A stretch of 63,265 nucleotides of DNA, filler included, from Intoshia linei (GCA_001642005.1; 6 parts of 6 records of this genome joined end to end with filler, not necessarily neighbours in it); one strand, 5' to 3'. Counted from the whole stretch's first letter, positions 1 through 12,780 are shown. The notes: generated from the sequence alone by a model not told the origin. Numbers and translations: made by a program.

Positions 1-990
1 TATAAAGATAAATTGACGAACTCTTCAAAATACTCATATGGCCGAGTCCAACAACGTAAAAACTTAAAATTTTGTATTTTTCCAAAGATGGAAGAAGCCT
101 TATTCTATTGATTTATCGAACGGAGATATCGATCTATATCGACTAATGATTTTATTATGACTGAGAAAGCCAAATTTTGTAATAATATTTTTTATCCATC
201 TATAGAATTTAATAGGAGTACAGGATGGTTATACTAATTTAAGGAAAGACATGGCATTATATTGCGTAAAAGCTCTGGTGACTCTTTGTCTGCTGACACT
301 TGTGGAATTGAAAGTTTTAAAGACAAATTATTGGAATCAATGATATCAATTATTTAATGCCGACGAAACTGCCTTTTACTAGAGGAAATTGGATAGAAAC
401 ACATTAACGGATTCCAATGAATCCGAAATAAAAGGATTGAAATCTGACAAAAGCAGATTAACTGATATGGCATGTTGTAACAGTGATGATACTCATAAAT
501 TGCCGTTGTTGGTACTAGAAAAGTCGAAAAATCCACGATGCATCAAGAACACTGCAATACCTGTACTATACGATTCGTCATCTAAGGGGTGGATGACCCG
601 TGATGTCAAGAATTGGTTTTTTACTGGATTTATTGTTACCGTCCAAAAATAAAAATTTAATACCGACTGCCATATTACTTGTCGACAATGCACCTTCACA
701 TATTTTTTATGATAACCTTCAATCAGGAGATGGATTGATTAAGGTAATGTATTTACTACCTAATACAACATCAAAATACTCATAATACAACCTATGGATC
801 AGCACATTCTTTATTCACTAAAATCAAAATATGGTCAAAAATTATATAATGTTTATAATACTGATACTATCAAGATAAAAAAGTTCACGTTTAAAGAAGC
901 TAGTTTAATATTGAATAGTGCATAGAATGATATAAAAACATCATGTATAATCAAATCATGGGAACTAATATTGGGACCTAGAAAATTGGG
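1..990 (+). mobile_element. Degenerate Tigger/pogo (CENP-B/Jerky-like, DDE_1) transposase relic
   Basis: Motifs across stops and frameshifts: STGWLY*FKERHGI (HTH), NADETA, KLPLLVLEKSKNPRC, KGWMT, LLVDNAPSH, LPNTTS..IQPMDQ. Confidence 0.9.
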
Positions 991-1066
991 TGTAGATTTT
1001 CAAATTGATGAAATTGTATTCGATAAATATATGATTTTGATTTATAAAAATGAATGCCTTAAATAA

Positions 1067-2420
1067 CACTGTACAACACTCAAAAAAAGAGCACAACAAA
1101 ATATATATCATTGAACTCTACGAAAAATTTGGGGAAGAATGGTAAAATTTCTAAAGGTTACTTAGATCTAGTTTTTGAAGGACAAAATGATTAAAAATAA
1201 CCAGTAATAATGGCGTTGTCATTTAAAATCTATGTAACTAAATTAAACTTCGTTTAGATTAATATGAGTTTTTCGTGTTTGTCAGTTTTCATGTTTTAAC
1301 GATTTTTGTTTTATTTGTGGTGTATATTTATTCAAAACCAAACGGAGCTACAATTTAATTGGAACTAAATTAGGTAACAAATGTACATCCTTTTATGAAG
1401 AAATCCAACAAGAACCATGGACTCCAAACAAATGTTATGCATTTTGCTACAGACATGTGATGAATAACAATACATTTTTCGATTCACCCAAGATTTGGTC
1501 TCCACCTAAATTCAGTGATGGTTGCTATTTCTGCTATGTCAGAAAATATCAATTTAAAAAAATTGAACTATTGGCAAATATACCTCAATTTGTCCATAAA
1601 TTAAATTATCTACGGCAGATATCAACCTCTACACGTCAATATCTAATATTACTACGACAAATTCTATGGATTAAACAAAGGATCCTAGTTTCTGTGAAGA
1701 AAAAAAGCCAGTTATGAATGACTTAAATGACCTAATATTTAAAATCATTTTGACTAATTTTAATCTATTGTCACAATACCATAAAATAGGATGCCTTATG
1801 AGCTTCAAAGTCCATTTGTTACAATGTCATTTCAACAAATTACCAGATACACATCTTTATTTCTGATGAACATGGGAAACGTTTCCATTAAACTTTGAAA
1901 AAATTTGAAGAAAGATTCGCCGGAAAAAATATGATATCAAGATTAAAGATTGTGTGTGGTACACAAAAAACACCAAATTGTCATAAATAAATTTTCTTAA
2001 ATATAAATGTACTTATTTTTAACGCTTTATAGATTTTTTTTGAGATCTCACCAGATTTTCATTCCTAATACAGTATAAGGTACACATTTTGGGGTACATG
2101 GTATATATCAAAATTTTCTGCTCTTTTCAAAAAAACCAATTTTTTATCTACAGTAGATATCGTAAATTTTTCATCGGAATATGTTATATACTTATATACA
2201 CTTGACATTAATTATTTATATTTTTAAAGGGTCACAACATTGAATTTTATATCAACTTGAATATAACTTAATTATATACACTTTAAAAATGAAATATCTC
2301 AAGATTACGATCTAATCAGATAGAATGACAAACATTATTCGAATCCTGACAGTGTTATCTAAGCCATACACTAAATTTCGTTCTGCTCTTTTATAATTTT
2401 TCCGAAAATGTTGTACCGTG
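1067..2420 (+). mobile_element. Internally deleted TIR DNA transposon of the widespread metazoan family with a Cys-rich N-terminus and a SDEHGERFHQ-type C-terminus
   Basis: TIRs CACTGTACAACA (1067-1078) and TGTTGTACCGTG (2409-2420); relic peptides NDFCFICG, EPWTPNKC, KIWSPPKFSDGCYFC, then GCLMSFKVHLLQCHFNK..SDEHGKRFH*..FEERFAG..CVW. Superfamily not assigned. Confidence 0.75.
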
Positions 2421-2574
2421 TAATAAAAGGAGAATTCATAATAATATTGAAATCGCTATGTAAACATTGCTATTAATTATTCGTGGTTTTTTAAACAGAT
2501 TTTGTAACTATTTTTGTCAAAAAATCGAGAATAACCTGTTCTAGTAAATTATTAATCCTATTGGTTTGAACAGA

Positions 2575-2985
2575 GCAAGGCCATCATGGGTATGGAAAAA
2601 TTCCGTTGTTGCGTCAAATCAGAAAACTAAATCTTATATCGCAATCAAGGATCCTAGAAACATCTCTACAGTTACCGGTTAACACACTCACCTATTATCA
2701 GCCTTCACTTATAGATTTAAAGATGTTATGAAGAAGCATAAATGGTATGTACCAGGAATGAATCCACAACAATTGTGCAATCGTCTAATGGGTATCTGCA
2801 ACTACAATAATATCAAACAGGAATTAACATGCAAAGATTATAGCACATTCGACGGCACCATTTCATTATAAATGCGTAGAAATATTGAACAACCTTGTTA
2901 TCTAAGGTGGGTTAATATAAAGCATAGAGAAGAGTTACAAAAATTACTTAATGACGAACTTGACGCGCCTGCTGTTACTCGTCAC
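2575..2985 (+). other. Endogenous viral element: nodavirus-like RNA-dependent RNA polymerase (protein A) fragment, pseudogenised
   Basis: One frame reads NQKTKSYIAIKDPRNISTVTG*HTHLLSAFTYRFKDVMKKHKWYVPGMNPQQLCNRL..KDYSTFDGTISL*MRRNIEQPCYLRWVNIKHREELQKLLNDELDAPAVTRH. This matches the noda-like pattern: motif F region KDPRNIS, WYxPG, motif A DYSxFDGT, CYLRW. Stops at 2680 and 2869; ends before motifs B and C. Confidence 0.85.
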
Positions 2986-3122
2986 AGAGAAAGAGGAATG
3001 TTAAAAAATTATGTGGTCCATACACATTTGTGTGACAAGTGGTCCATGGTGGAAAAGGTTTGGGAAACACTGTTCTAAATGGTGACCGAATAGCCTATAT
3101 GGGTTTGGTTTTTCAATGTAAC

Positions 3123-3901
3123 TACACGCTATTCCTTGTTAACGGAATAAATGGTCTTAAAAAAAATCTCATCAAATTAATGACAATGTGTTAAGAAAAA
3201 CATTCTCGTTAACGGAATTTTTTATAAATAAGGTATACTTCGAATCAGTGGTTCCCGGTTGGGACCAAAATTATATTCCTGTTCCGTGAGATTCAATTAA
3301 AATATAGAAATATTTTGATCAATTTTGTTTATTTTTATAGGAGAATTTTTAATATATTACAGAGTTTCTAGCTGTTCATTATCCCAAAGCCTATATAACG
3401 CTACAAAAAATGGTTACAAATATTATCAAACCCCCACATTTATCCCATCATTAATAAAATTAAATAAAAAATACCTTTTCAAGCCCTAGAAAAAATTGAA
3501 TATTACTGATATTTTTTTGAAATGATGAAAAACCCTTAATTTTTTCATCAATGTTTTATATTTCATGTTTCCCTTGGGTCCAAAAAATTAATATTTTTGA
3601 AATGAGATCCGTGCACTATTTAAACCAGAAACCACTGCATTAAAGCAATGAAAAAAAATTTTATTCCACTTAACCTATATTTCCAATTAATTTCATATTA
3701 ATTAATACTCAACCATTATTATCATCATTAATCATGAAGAAAATAAAATGTTTGACGTATCTAAAGCTTTTAATTAGCTTTTAACCGAACAAGATCTAGC
3801 ATAATTATGATGTAAGTCATTTTAAGTTGAAGTACAAAAATTCACAGTCCGTTAATCAGGAATTTTCCGAGGAAGTCCGTTAAATAGGAATTAGCCTATA
3901 C
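3123..3901. mobile_element. pogo/Tc1-like MITE with a nested hAT-type MITE (about 3245-3638)
   Basis: Imperfect inverted ends ..CTATTCCTTGTTAACGGA / TCCGTTAAATAGGAATTAGC; inner element CAGTGGTTCC..AACCACTG shares its body with about 36300-36467 and 57370-57685. Confidence 0.55.
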
Positions 3902-4010
3902 TACATAGTCATGAATTGTTTATTCATGAAAAATTGAAAATCCCGTTTATTAATTAGTAAACACCACATATTACACACGTATATAAAAAAAATCACAAAA
4001 AAAATATTAC

Positions 4011-7000
4011 GAATTGTTGTCAAGTTCAAAAACTTCCAATAAACCGACAATTCGTTTATGGTTCAATTTTTTGTGGATATCTGCTTCTCGTAAAGCATGT
4101 CTAGAAATATATTAAATTAAAACAATAAATTAAATACCTAATGTAATTGCTCTTTTTTTCTTCTTTCCAATCTTTGTTCAGTTGGTGAATCTTACAAGCA
4201 GTATATATATTATCTTTTGTATCAAATGCCTAAATATACATTCATTTAATCTTATAACAGACTCGAAAAGTGCACATTAAGTTGTGATATCAAATGTTAA
4301 AAATATTAAATCAACCCATAATTATAAATCTCATTTTTTCAACGCCTAACCATTAATACGAAAGTTGTTATCAAATACACCAAATAATAATCAAAAATTG
4401 AATAAATAAATTAAATTTGAAATAATAAAACGGCTTATTCTTACCTGTTGTAGGCTCTATCTTGACAAATCTTAAAAATATAAAAATTAAATTATATACC
4501 ATATATACTTCACTAAATCCACCCTTTCCTAATAAATTCAATAACAAATATCTTTCATTCAAAAATGGATAATCATTGAACCTAAATAATATTAAAACCT
4601 GTAAAATATAAAAAAAATACTCAGAATTGGCTTGATTTTTAAGTCTACGAATTTCTCTAATATGAACATTACGATCTCTATCAAGTCGATCCAATTCGAT
4701 TTGAAGGTCTAACTCTTCCTTTCGCAAAGACATTAACCGTAATTTTAAAATGTTTTCATATTCATAATATTCATCCCACGACAATCTATAATGTAAATCA
4801 GTTTTTTTTGATAACTACATTTTTATAATCTACAAATAATGAATAATGATTTGACCAAAATGAATTTGCGAAATAATCAATAAATAAAGAATTCAGCATT
4901 TTTAAAAACATTTCGGGGAATGTTTACAATGAAACATTGAATTAAATTTCAATAATAAATAAATCCGAATAACAAATTTTTGAAAAAGTGAAATTGTATA
5001 GTAATAATGAAAAAGAATAAGGAATCAATTTATAAGATTGAAACCCATATTTCTCTATTTTAAATATGTAGTGTCAATTGTCACTTTTTTTGAAATTGTA
5101 AAATGAATATTTAAAGATGATGAAAATTTATATCAAAAAAGGGATGTTTGGTAATTTTAGGGGTATAACAAGTTAGCAAAGTTAAGTTTGTAAAAATTAA
5201 AACAAATAAATTACTCGTTTTCCATTTTGGGTTCCAAACCAGATTCTTTGCTAGACGATTCTCTACTATTAGTTTTTATTTGAGATATATATTGAGGTTT
5301 TCTCTTTAATATTGACTTTTTCTCCTTTTCGAAATTTTCACGTTCTTTCTTTAAACTTTTTTGATTTCTTATTATACATGTAAATACGTAAGTAAGGTGT
5401 CTAATTTACCCGTATAGCTTTATAAATGAACTCCCTTCAATCCATTTTTCTTGAAATGAAGAACCACACCGTTGCATAGTAAAATGCCCCAATGACAGCA
5501 TTTTCAAATTTGTTTTTGTTTCATCATTATTTCTCTCTACTTTCGACTAAACTCTATATTTTACATGTTGATTATAATCAAATTTAATAAAGTTTGGACC
5601 GTTAAGTCACATATGAAAAAGTTAAACACCGTAGGCCCGTTTGGTTTAAATTGATAAATGTAGTTTTTATAATAATAATCTAAATTCCGTATAAATGACT
5701 ATACCAAAGAAAATATCTAGTAAACCTTATTAATGAGTAAATCAACAATGATTTCATTCATTTGTTTATGTTTCTGAGACAAGCATTCCATATCTTCCTT
5801 TTGTTTAGTATACATTGAGTCACATTCCAAAATTTTCTAAGAAAATTATATAACATGCATTGCAAATTGCAATGGTACCATATTTTAACAACGTCATAAA
5901 AATTTATCTTTTAAATCAAAAAAAAGTTTACCCTAATTATTGGGCCTAATAAATTAAAACTTGTTTATTATTATATTAATAATTTAGAATAAATTTAAAA
6001 AATTAATTTATGTTACCTCTTGCAATACATTAATTCTGTCATTTTTTTCTTCCAATTCAGCAATTTTATTATTTTCGATATGTTGCATTTTTAAACAAGT
6101 GAGAGATGTCTACAATAAAGTGTATAAAATAATATACATGTACTAGGTTGACTGTAATGTACTACGTACAAACAGCACCTAGCTTTGCCGAAGGCAATGC
6201 ACGATTTTTTGAAATTGTAAAATCAATATTTACATTTTCAATTTTTATTTTAATCGAAATATTTGAAAAATATTGGTCGATAATATATTAAAAATTTTTC
6301 ACCAGAAATGCGTAGATTTCTGGGGTTGAACTTTTGTATTTATATTCACTGAAATAAATTCTATCAGAATAATTTTTTTTTTAATTTTCGGACCGTTAAT
6401 TATTTCACATTTTTTATTTCGGAAAAAAAAATATGAATACTAAAATGTTTTTTGACCGTGAAGTCGTCACTTATTCGGATTCAAATTTTTTGTGTGTGTT
6501 AACAGGATACAACTGTACCACCTGTTAATTTTTTAACTTCTAGCGTTGTTTAAAAAAAAGGGGTAATTTGTGGTTTTAGCCCTGAAGATATAATTTTTTT
6601 AAATTTAAATTTATAATACTTATTATTTTAAAATCATAATCAGCGTATATATTTTTTGAAATTCTCCAACTCGTTTGATTTTCAAAAAAAAGGACAATGG
6701 GGGTTTTTGACCCGTAAGATGTGAGTTTGGGAGGTTGAAATTTATCTTATTAAATGTCACGGAAAAAACTGTAATTGAAATGTGAACTTTATAAAATTCT
6801 AAGACTGGTAGTTATTGAAATAAAGTGAAACACACACATACAAACAAATATTACGGAGCATATTATATCAGTTAGGATAATAAATAATACAAATTTAATA
6901 TAAGTACCTGAACGTGCTTATCAAATTCTCCCATAGACCATGAATCTGGAGTTGAAATAGAAAAATCTGAAAGCCCCTAAAAATTAATATTTAAAAACAA

Positions 7001-7479
7001 AACTTTACTGAATTTGTATTTTGCAATTTAGAATCAGTATCTTGAGTTGAATCGGTGTTGGGAGGAGGCATGCCAAACATTTTAAAATTTAATCCTAAAA
7101 TAAACATTTTAAAACAATATAAAACAAACTACCATTCAAATCATTTTTAGATTTTTTTGGAGCAACTTCATGGTTCATATTTTTTCGCCTCAAAAATTGA
7201 GTAGTATTCTAAATTCGCAAATTTTAGCATTTTGAAATTTTGAAACATGCATCATGAAATTATAGTATACGTTAAATAGAGATTGTGGTGCCGGTTGAGA
7301 GTGAGAAGTGTTTGGATATAGACCCATGTCAATTTTGTCTGACAGTTCCGATTGAGTAAATGGACGTATTAAATGAATACTCTAAAATTAAAATTGATTA
7401 ACGTCAATGTAAATATAATAATTCCATTTACTCTGTCGCTAAATCTATTTTCCAACAAGTTTTTTTTTCTGTCGTTCAT
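4011..7479 (-). CDS. TLK: Tousled-like serine/threonine kinase, multi-exon, 5' part (continues beyond the window start)
   Basis: Exon 1 7432-7479 [16 protein letters not shown]; coiled coil [21 protein letters not shown]; [27 protein letters not shown]; [21 protein letters not shown]; exon 4011-4100 [30 protein letters not shown] ending in a GT donor. The next expected exon (FCTVLEY) is not seen in 1-4010. Confidence 0.93.
6143..6877 (-). mobile_element. Non-autonomous Helitron, apparently full length, in a TLK intron
   Basis: On the minus strand: A|TCCTAAC.. start with a GTTT/GT microsatellite; 3' hairpin TGTAC-GTA-GTACA followed by CTAG|T. Confidence 0.7.
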
Positions 7480-7744
7480 CAATTTTTAAATATAAAATTT
7501 CATTTCATTCAAATTTATCAATTGATTTAAAAATTTTTTAAAATTATTTAAACTTTATTTTTTAGGAATTGATGCTACGGCTTTTTTATTTCAAATATTT
7601 CAATATTTATATATATTTCATATCGATTATAGCTGTATTTAATAACGAGATACTACTGTAATTGAAAAATGTACTCAATTAAAATTTAATTATTTCAGTC
7701 TTATTTCAACTACACTTCACAGTACTATTAATGATGAAATACTT

Positions 7745-8104
7745 ATGCTTAAAGTATCAAACGTTGAAGTTAAACGAATGTTAGGTGTAAATTTAATGAT
7801 AGAATCTATCTCATCTAAAAAAGTTTTCGAAAAGATTTTATCATTACATTTAGAAAACATATTTCCAAATATTTTTATATCGTTGCGTATTTTTTTAACA
7901 TTATTCGTATATGTAGCTTCTAATGAGAGAAGTTTCAGTGTGCTGAAGAGGATAAAATCTTACATGCAATCTTCAATTAGCCAGGATCGCCTAAATGGAT
8001 TGGCAAAATTAAATTTTAATTCTGATAAAGCAGAACTAATTGATTTTTCAGATGTAATAAATAAATTTGTTAAAAAAAAGGCACGCAAAGCATTTATTAA
8101 GTGA
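7745..8104 (+). mobile_element. hAT transposase C-terminal dimerisation domain relic
   Basis: FPNIFISLRIFLTL..VASNERSFSVLKRIKSYMQSSISQDRLNGLA..F..KKARK. Confidence 0.9.
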
Positions 8105-8581
8105 AACGGTGATACATTATTTATTTACTAATTAATATATTATTACGGTATTTATAATATTACTAATTAATGATATTTAGAATTTGCTGTTCTATTTTAT
8201 TAAATTGTTGTACATTAAAATACGTATATTGTATGTATAATATATTAATTTATAATAAATTAATTATATGTTTATACCGTATAATAAATAATTACGTAAT
8301 AATGTTTACATAAGATTATATATATTCTCACAAAAAATAGTTAATTAACATTTTACATATTTACTGTTTTTATCTTAATGATCACCAATGCGATTTCCGT
8401 CGGTTATTTTTAATTTTTAGATAATGAACTATCGCTTAAGCCATGTATACTATACATGGTAGTATATTAATGTATTAATATAAATAATTACAATGATACA
8501 GTGTCAATATTTTATTATTATTATAAAAATATTAATACATGTATTTACATTACATTCTTATTTTATGTTAAAATATAAATA

Positions 8582-8950
8582 ATGTCAAAGATTTTCTGTC
8601 TAACCACTAGTATTTTATTTTGTTACTTTAATGCTTTCCAGATGGATCATGCAAATACAATTGAATACGATATAAAAATTTTTGATAATTTTGCTGTGAG
8701 TGCACAAATTGATAGTTGTAATTGTATCATGCCGTTTATATCCTTAGGTTTGTTGGCCTATGTTATCTCGGAATTATATTATAATTTAAATTATGCAGTT
8801 CTCAATGCAATTAATAATGGCTTTTATTCAGGGAACAAACAACAAAAATTTATACAGGAACTTACTAATAATGTATACATGTATAATTTCATATATAATA
8901 CACCACAAATAGCTTTAATAACTTGTGCATTCATGATACACGGGTCATAA
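8582..8950 (+). CDS. Hypothetical hydrophobic/membrane protein, unassigned
   Basis: 122-codon ATG ORF in very AT-rich DNA with hydrophobic segments; no recognised motif. Confidence 0.3.
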   Translation: MSKIFCLTTSILFCYFNAFQMDHANTIEYDIKIFDNFAVSAQIDSCNCIMPFISLGLLAYVISELYYNLNYAVLNAINNGFYSGNKQQKFIQELTNNVYMYNFIYNTPQIALITCAFMIHGS

Positions 8951-9216
8951 TTTCAAAAATTTTTATTATTATGTACTAATAATTGAAATATATAGTGTAA
9001 TACCAATTACGTGTTTTCAGAGTTTAATGCGATTTCAAAGATGGTAATAAATATAGTTTGTCAATATATATTCATTAATTGCATTTATCTATTTTATAAC
9101 ACATTCACTGAACTTTTCAACTGGAATAATAAGTTCAATAATGAAATTAAACATCAAAGTATCGAATTATTGGTTGTTTTAATAAATAAACATTATTAAT
9201 TTTAACTTTCTGGGAC

Positions 9217-9316
9217 NNNNNNNNNNNNNNNNNNNNNNNNNNNNNNNNNNNNNNNNNNNNTTAATTAATTAANNNNNNNNNNNNNNNNNNNNNNNNNNNN
9301 NNNNNNNNNNNNNNNN
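9217..9316. other. Artificial contig spacer N44-TTAATTAATTAA-N44
   Basis: Identical 100-nt spacers at 39832-39931, 51067-51166, 55626-55725 and 61882-61981; the 12-mer gives stop codons in all six frames. Confidence 0.95.
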
Positions 9317-9783
9317 AAAGATGATGTATTCATCATCCTTGCATGTTTTTGGTGTTGGGCAGTGTAATCAAAATCTTGCGTAACCTAGTCATTATGCTCT
9401 ATGAATGGCTCTAGTCATAATTTAATTTATCGTTCACCATTTTCATTTAAAATTTTTTTTTAAAAAAATAAAGTTCCCCAAAACGAAGTTTATTTGACAC
9501 TTATTTATAGGAAATAGTCATAATACTATGAAACTAATAAAATATTTAAAAAGTGCCCCGCTGCTGAGGTTCGCCCCAAACCGGGGTCGGACTGTAGTAC
9601 GTATTTTTGTGGCCACTTTAGTTTAGTGCATAATGAAAATGGTTGGTACATTAGTGCAGAAAATTGACTAAACTATAAAAATATTCAAAACTGTTCATAC
9701 AGAGAGTTTACTGTATCAAGTTAATTTATCCGGATCTTTCATTGATATTTGATAAAGTAATAAATTTTATTCATATTATTTAG

Positions 9784-9900
9784 ACATGTGAACAATGCTG
9801 CGATACTGATAAATGCAATTTTCTATTTTCAAGCTCCCGTCAAAAAAATATCGTCAATTTTATGGAAATTTTTATAATTATTTTAATAATTATTATTTAA
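9784..9900 (+). CDS. Terminal exon of a Ly6/uPAR (three-finger) protein, probably GPI-anchored
   Basis: After a TTAG acceptor: TCEQCCDTDKCNFLFSSSRQKNIVNFMEIFIIILIIII*; CCxxDxCN signature plus hydrophobic tail. Upstream exons not seen. Confidence 0.7.
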   Translation, partial: TCEQCCDTDKCNFLFSSSRQKNIVNFMEIFIIILIIII

Positions 9901-10378
9901 TCATGTAGCTTAATGTATTTAGACATATTCACTGATTAATAAAAATTACGTATATTCTTTAATTTCCATTTTTTCTTAATCCTTTGATGTGGTTTTCATA
10001 TCTACATTCCAAAACGTAAAAATTAAACTTTGAATTTTTTATCATTATTCAAAAATAGGGTGTGCGGTAGGGTGTCACATTTAGTGGAAAATTTGCTAAT
10101 TTTCTCAGTTCTGGCACTGAATGCATTCAGATGTATGATATAACACTAGTCAAACACTCAAAAATCTTTATTTATACTATTTATTTTATCAGGTGTAGTT
10201 TTTTCGCATGATTTTAATGATATTACATACATAAAAAGTTTAAGCAGATAAGAGTTTGCTAGTTTCGGCTTGTGTTACCATTGTCTTACTTCAAGAACTA
10301 CTGGACTGTATTTTTAAAAACAACGATAAAATTTCTATAGTATCCAAGTGGATTTTTAATATAAATAAAACATTTTTT

Positions 10379-10700
10379 ATGAGTGCGTCGAGTGCTAGAT
10401 TTTTATATAAAGCATGGGGAGCTATCAAAAGCCATCCATTAATTTATGAATCAATGTTTACGAAAAAAGAATTATTACACGTTATGAAAGATCCATTCTA
10501 TTCATATGAAGGCCAGTATACATTTTTTATTATACATTTTTATATCCTAAAAAACTTCAAAATAAATTAATCGCATGTACATCAATCAAATCATAATTGA
10601 TGACTTTCTTATTTTAGCAGAAACGAAATCAACAATTATATATAACCAACCATTTAGCTTAAAGACAAGCACCCTGGACCAAGTACATTTCGTTCGTTAA
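10379..10700 (+). CDS. Small hypothetical spliced gene
   Basis: MSASSARFLYKAWGAIKSHPLIYESMFTKKELLHVMKDPFYSYE followed by a candidate acceptor near 10617 and an open exon; no recognised domain. Confidence 0.3.
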
Positions 10701-12633
10701 GTGAGTTATGATTACAATGTTGTATATAACAATGTAATAATATATCTCTTACTAATTCATTATGTACTATTAATTATACTTTCCAATTATTTTTATTTAA
10801 AATGTAAACGTTTTTCGTTGTATGACGTCTATTGAAATCAAGATTTCATAGATTACGCAATAATTATCTTTGATATTGATTGAATCGAGATTGCAAACTT
10901 ACTTACTATACTTACTGTTTTGATAGTTGTTAGTGCACAATAAAAATAAATTTCACATGTTATATTTCAAATAATAAATAATAATATTACCCACCTTTTG
11001 CATTATATAAAATTTAAATTATACTATTTTTTTCAGCAAATAATAATTGAGTGAATTTATAAATTCGTTGATTGTAAAATGCAAATTTAAAATTTTAGAT
11101 ACTATTATCGTACAAGAAAAGTTGTCAACATTAACGAAAAATTTTGGAGTTTGTTTTTGATGACCACAATGTGGTATTGGATTCTTTGGCATACATACTA
11201 TAATTTTGGACACATAATTGTAATATTTAAATTTATTTATTTGAATTTGAAAATTCGAATTAAACCCATTGTTCCTTAGCAATTAAACAAATATTGACCC
11301 TCAAATAATTGCATAAAATTTCGAAAATTGGGCTTTAAAAATGACAAAACATTAAAAGTGAGTAACTGACTTTTGATACGCCACTGTTTAGATCAGGGAT
11401 TCTCAATCTTTTTTGAATTATCGGCCTTTAAATGATATAAATTATCATGGATTCCTTAATATTTAAAAACTAGCAAAAATGTTTAGACTAATACTTTTGT
11501 GTATTATAATAATTTATGATACAGTATATTTAACAGAATTTTTAAAATTAGAACTTTAACAAATCCATTGCTTGTTAGGTTGACTTAGTTTTTCTCATAT
11601 TAACAGTATTTTTGTGTGACTTGGCAGAAATGAAATAGAAACGAATCAAAGCTATAATCTCAAAATTATGTCTAAAATATCAGAAGCAACACAATTTAAT
11701 ATTTTAAAATTTAATACGAATTAAGATACAAATAGATGTAGTATGACTACTTTTTATTTTCGTCGAATCACTGCGGTCCAGTGCGACTAGATTGAGGACC
11801 ACTTATATCATTGAATTATTATAATTACAGTTATTGTGAAGTCAATGCAGTGCTCACAGTTATATCAAACTTTAAATAAAATTATGTACATTATCATTTT
11901 AGCCAAAAGAACCAGACATGCCAGATCGACATGCTATTCCAGATGAAGTGTTAGGAATTCCACCATTGAAATAAAAATACTATGATTAATAACAACCCTT
12001 AAAATTTAATTGTAATTTAATAAACATTCGTCAATCTATAGCAGTGTTTCTCAACGTGGTTCACAGCGAATTTCTGGTGGTTTACAGAAAAATTTTGGTA
12101 GTCCTCATAGAGCAGTGGTTCTTAACCGGGTGCATTTTTCATGCTGAAGTACTCATTTTCGATAAATAAAATTTTACTAAACATCAATCTGTAGTGGAAA
12201 TTGCGTTTTTTTAAATTATAGGGCATTTATTTTTTTAATTAAAAGGTAATAGACTTTTAATCTGTTTTTATAATAAATTATTACCAATTTTTTGCACATC
12301 TACAAATCATCCGTGACACACCTGTTGGAAGCATTAATAATTTAACTTATATTCTTTAAAATGGATTACAAATTACAATTTCTAACACTGACAATAGTAA
12401 TTAAATAAATACAACAGAAATTAATTACTTTTAATTACATATGAATACTTTTTTTCATTGATATCTAAAATTATAATTTAGAATTTAAACTCTGTAATAT
12501 TATTTAAGGTTTCAGGTCGGTATCATGTGAAGGCCTATTTTTGATTTGCCTATTTCTCAAATGTAATATATTCAAACATTTATCTCATATGAATTGTTTT
12601 GAGAGTATCGCCAGATATTACGTTAATATACCT

Positions 12634-12780
12634 CAGGGGTCAGCAACCTTTTGCATCTCAGAGGCCATTTTTTTATATCAAAAAATTATAAAATAAATAA
12701 TTTAAATATTTACTCAAAGGCCCACTCAAATTATTATGTGGGACAGTTTTGGCCCGCGGACCACTGGTTGCCGACTTCTG
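12634..12780. mobile_element. hAT-type MITE
   Basis: Ends CAGGGGTCAGCAACC / GGTTGCCGACTTCTG; 8-bp TSD ATATACCT/ATATACAT. Confidence 0.75.

Noticed and set aside
1061-1080. Minus-strand CCTVLF resembling the next TLK exon (FCTVLEY)
   Set aside because: Coincides with a transposon TIR and the similarity does not continue
9217-9316. Recurrent TTAATTAATTAA palindrome inside N runs (five copies)
   Set aside because: Six-frame stop linker added during assembly or concatenation; not biological
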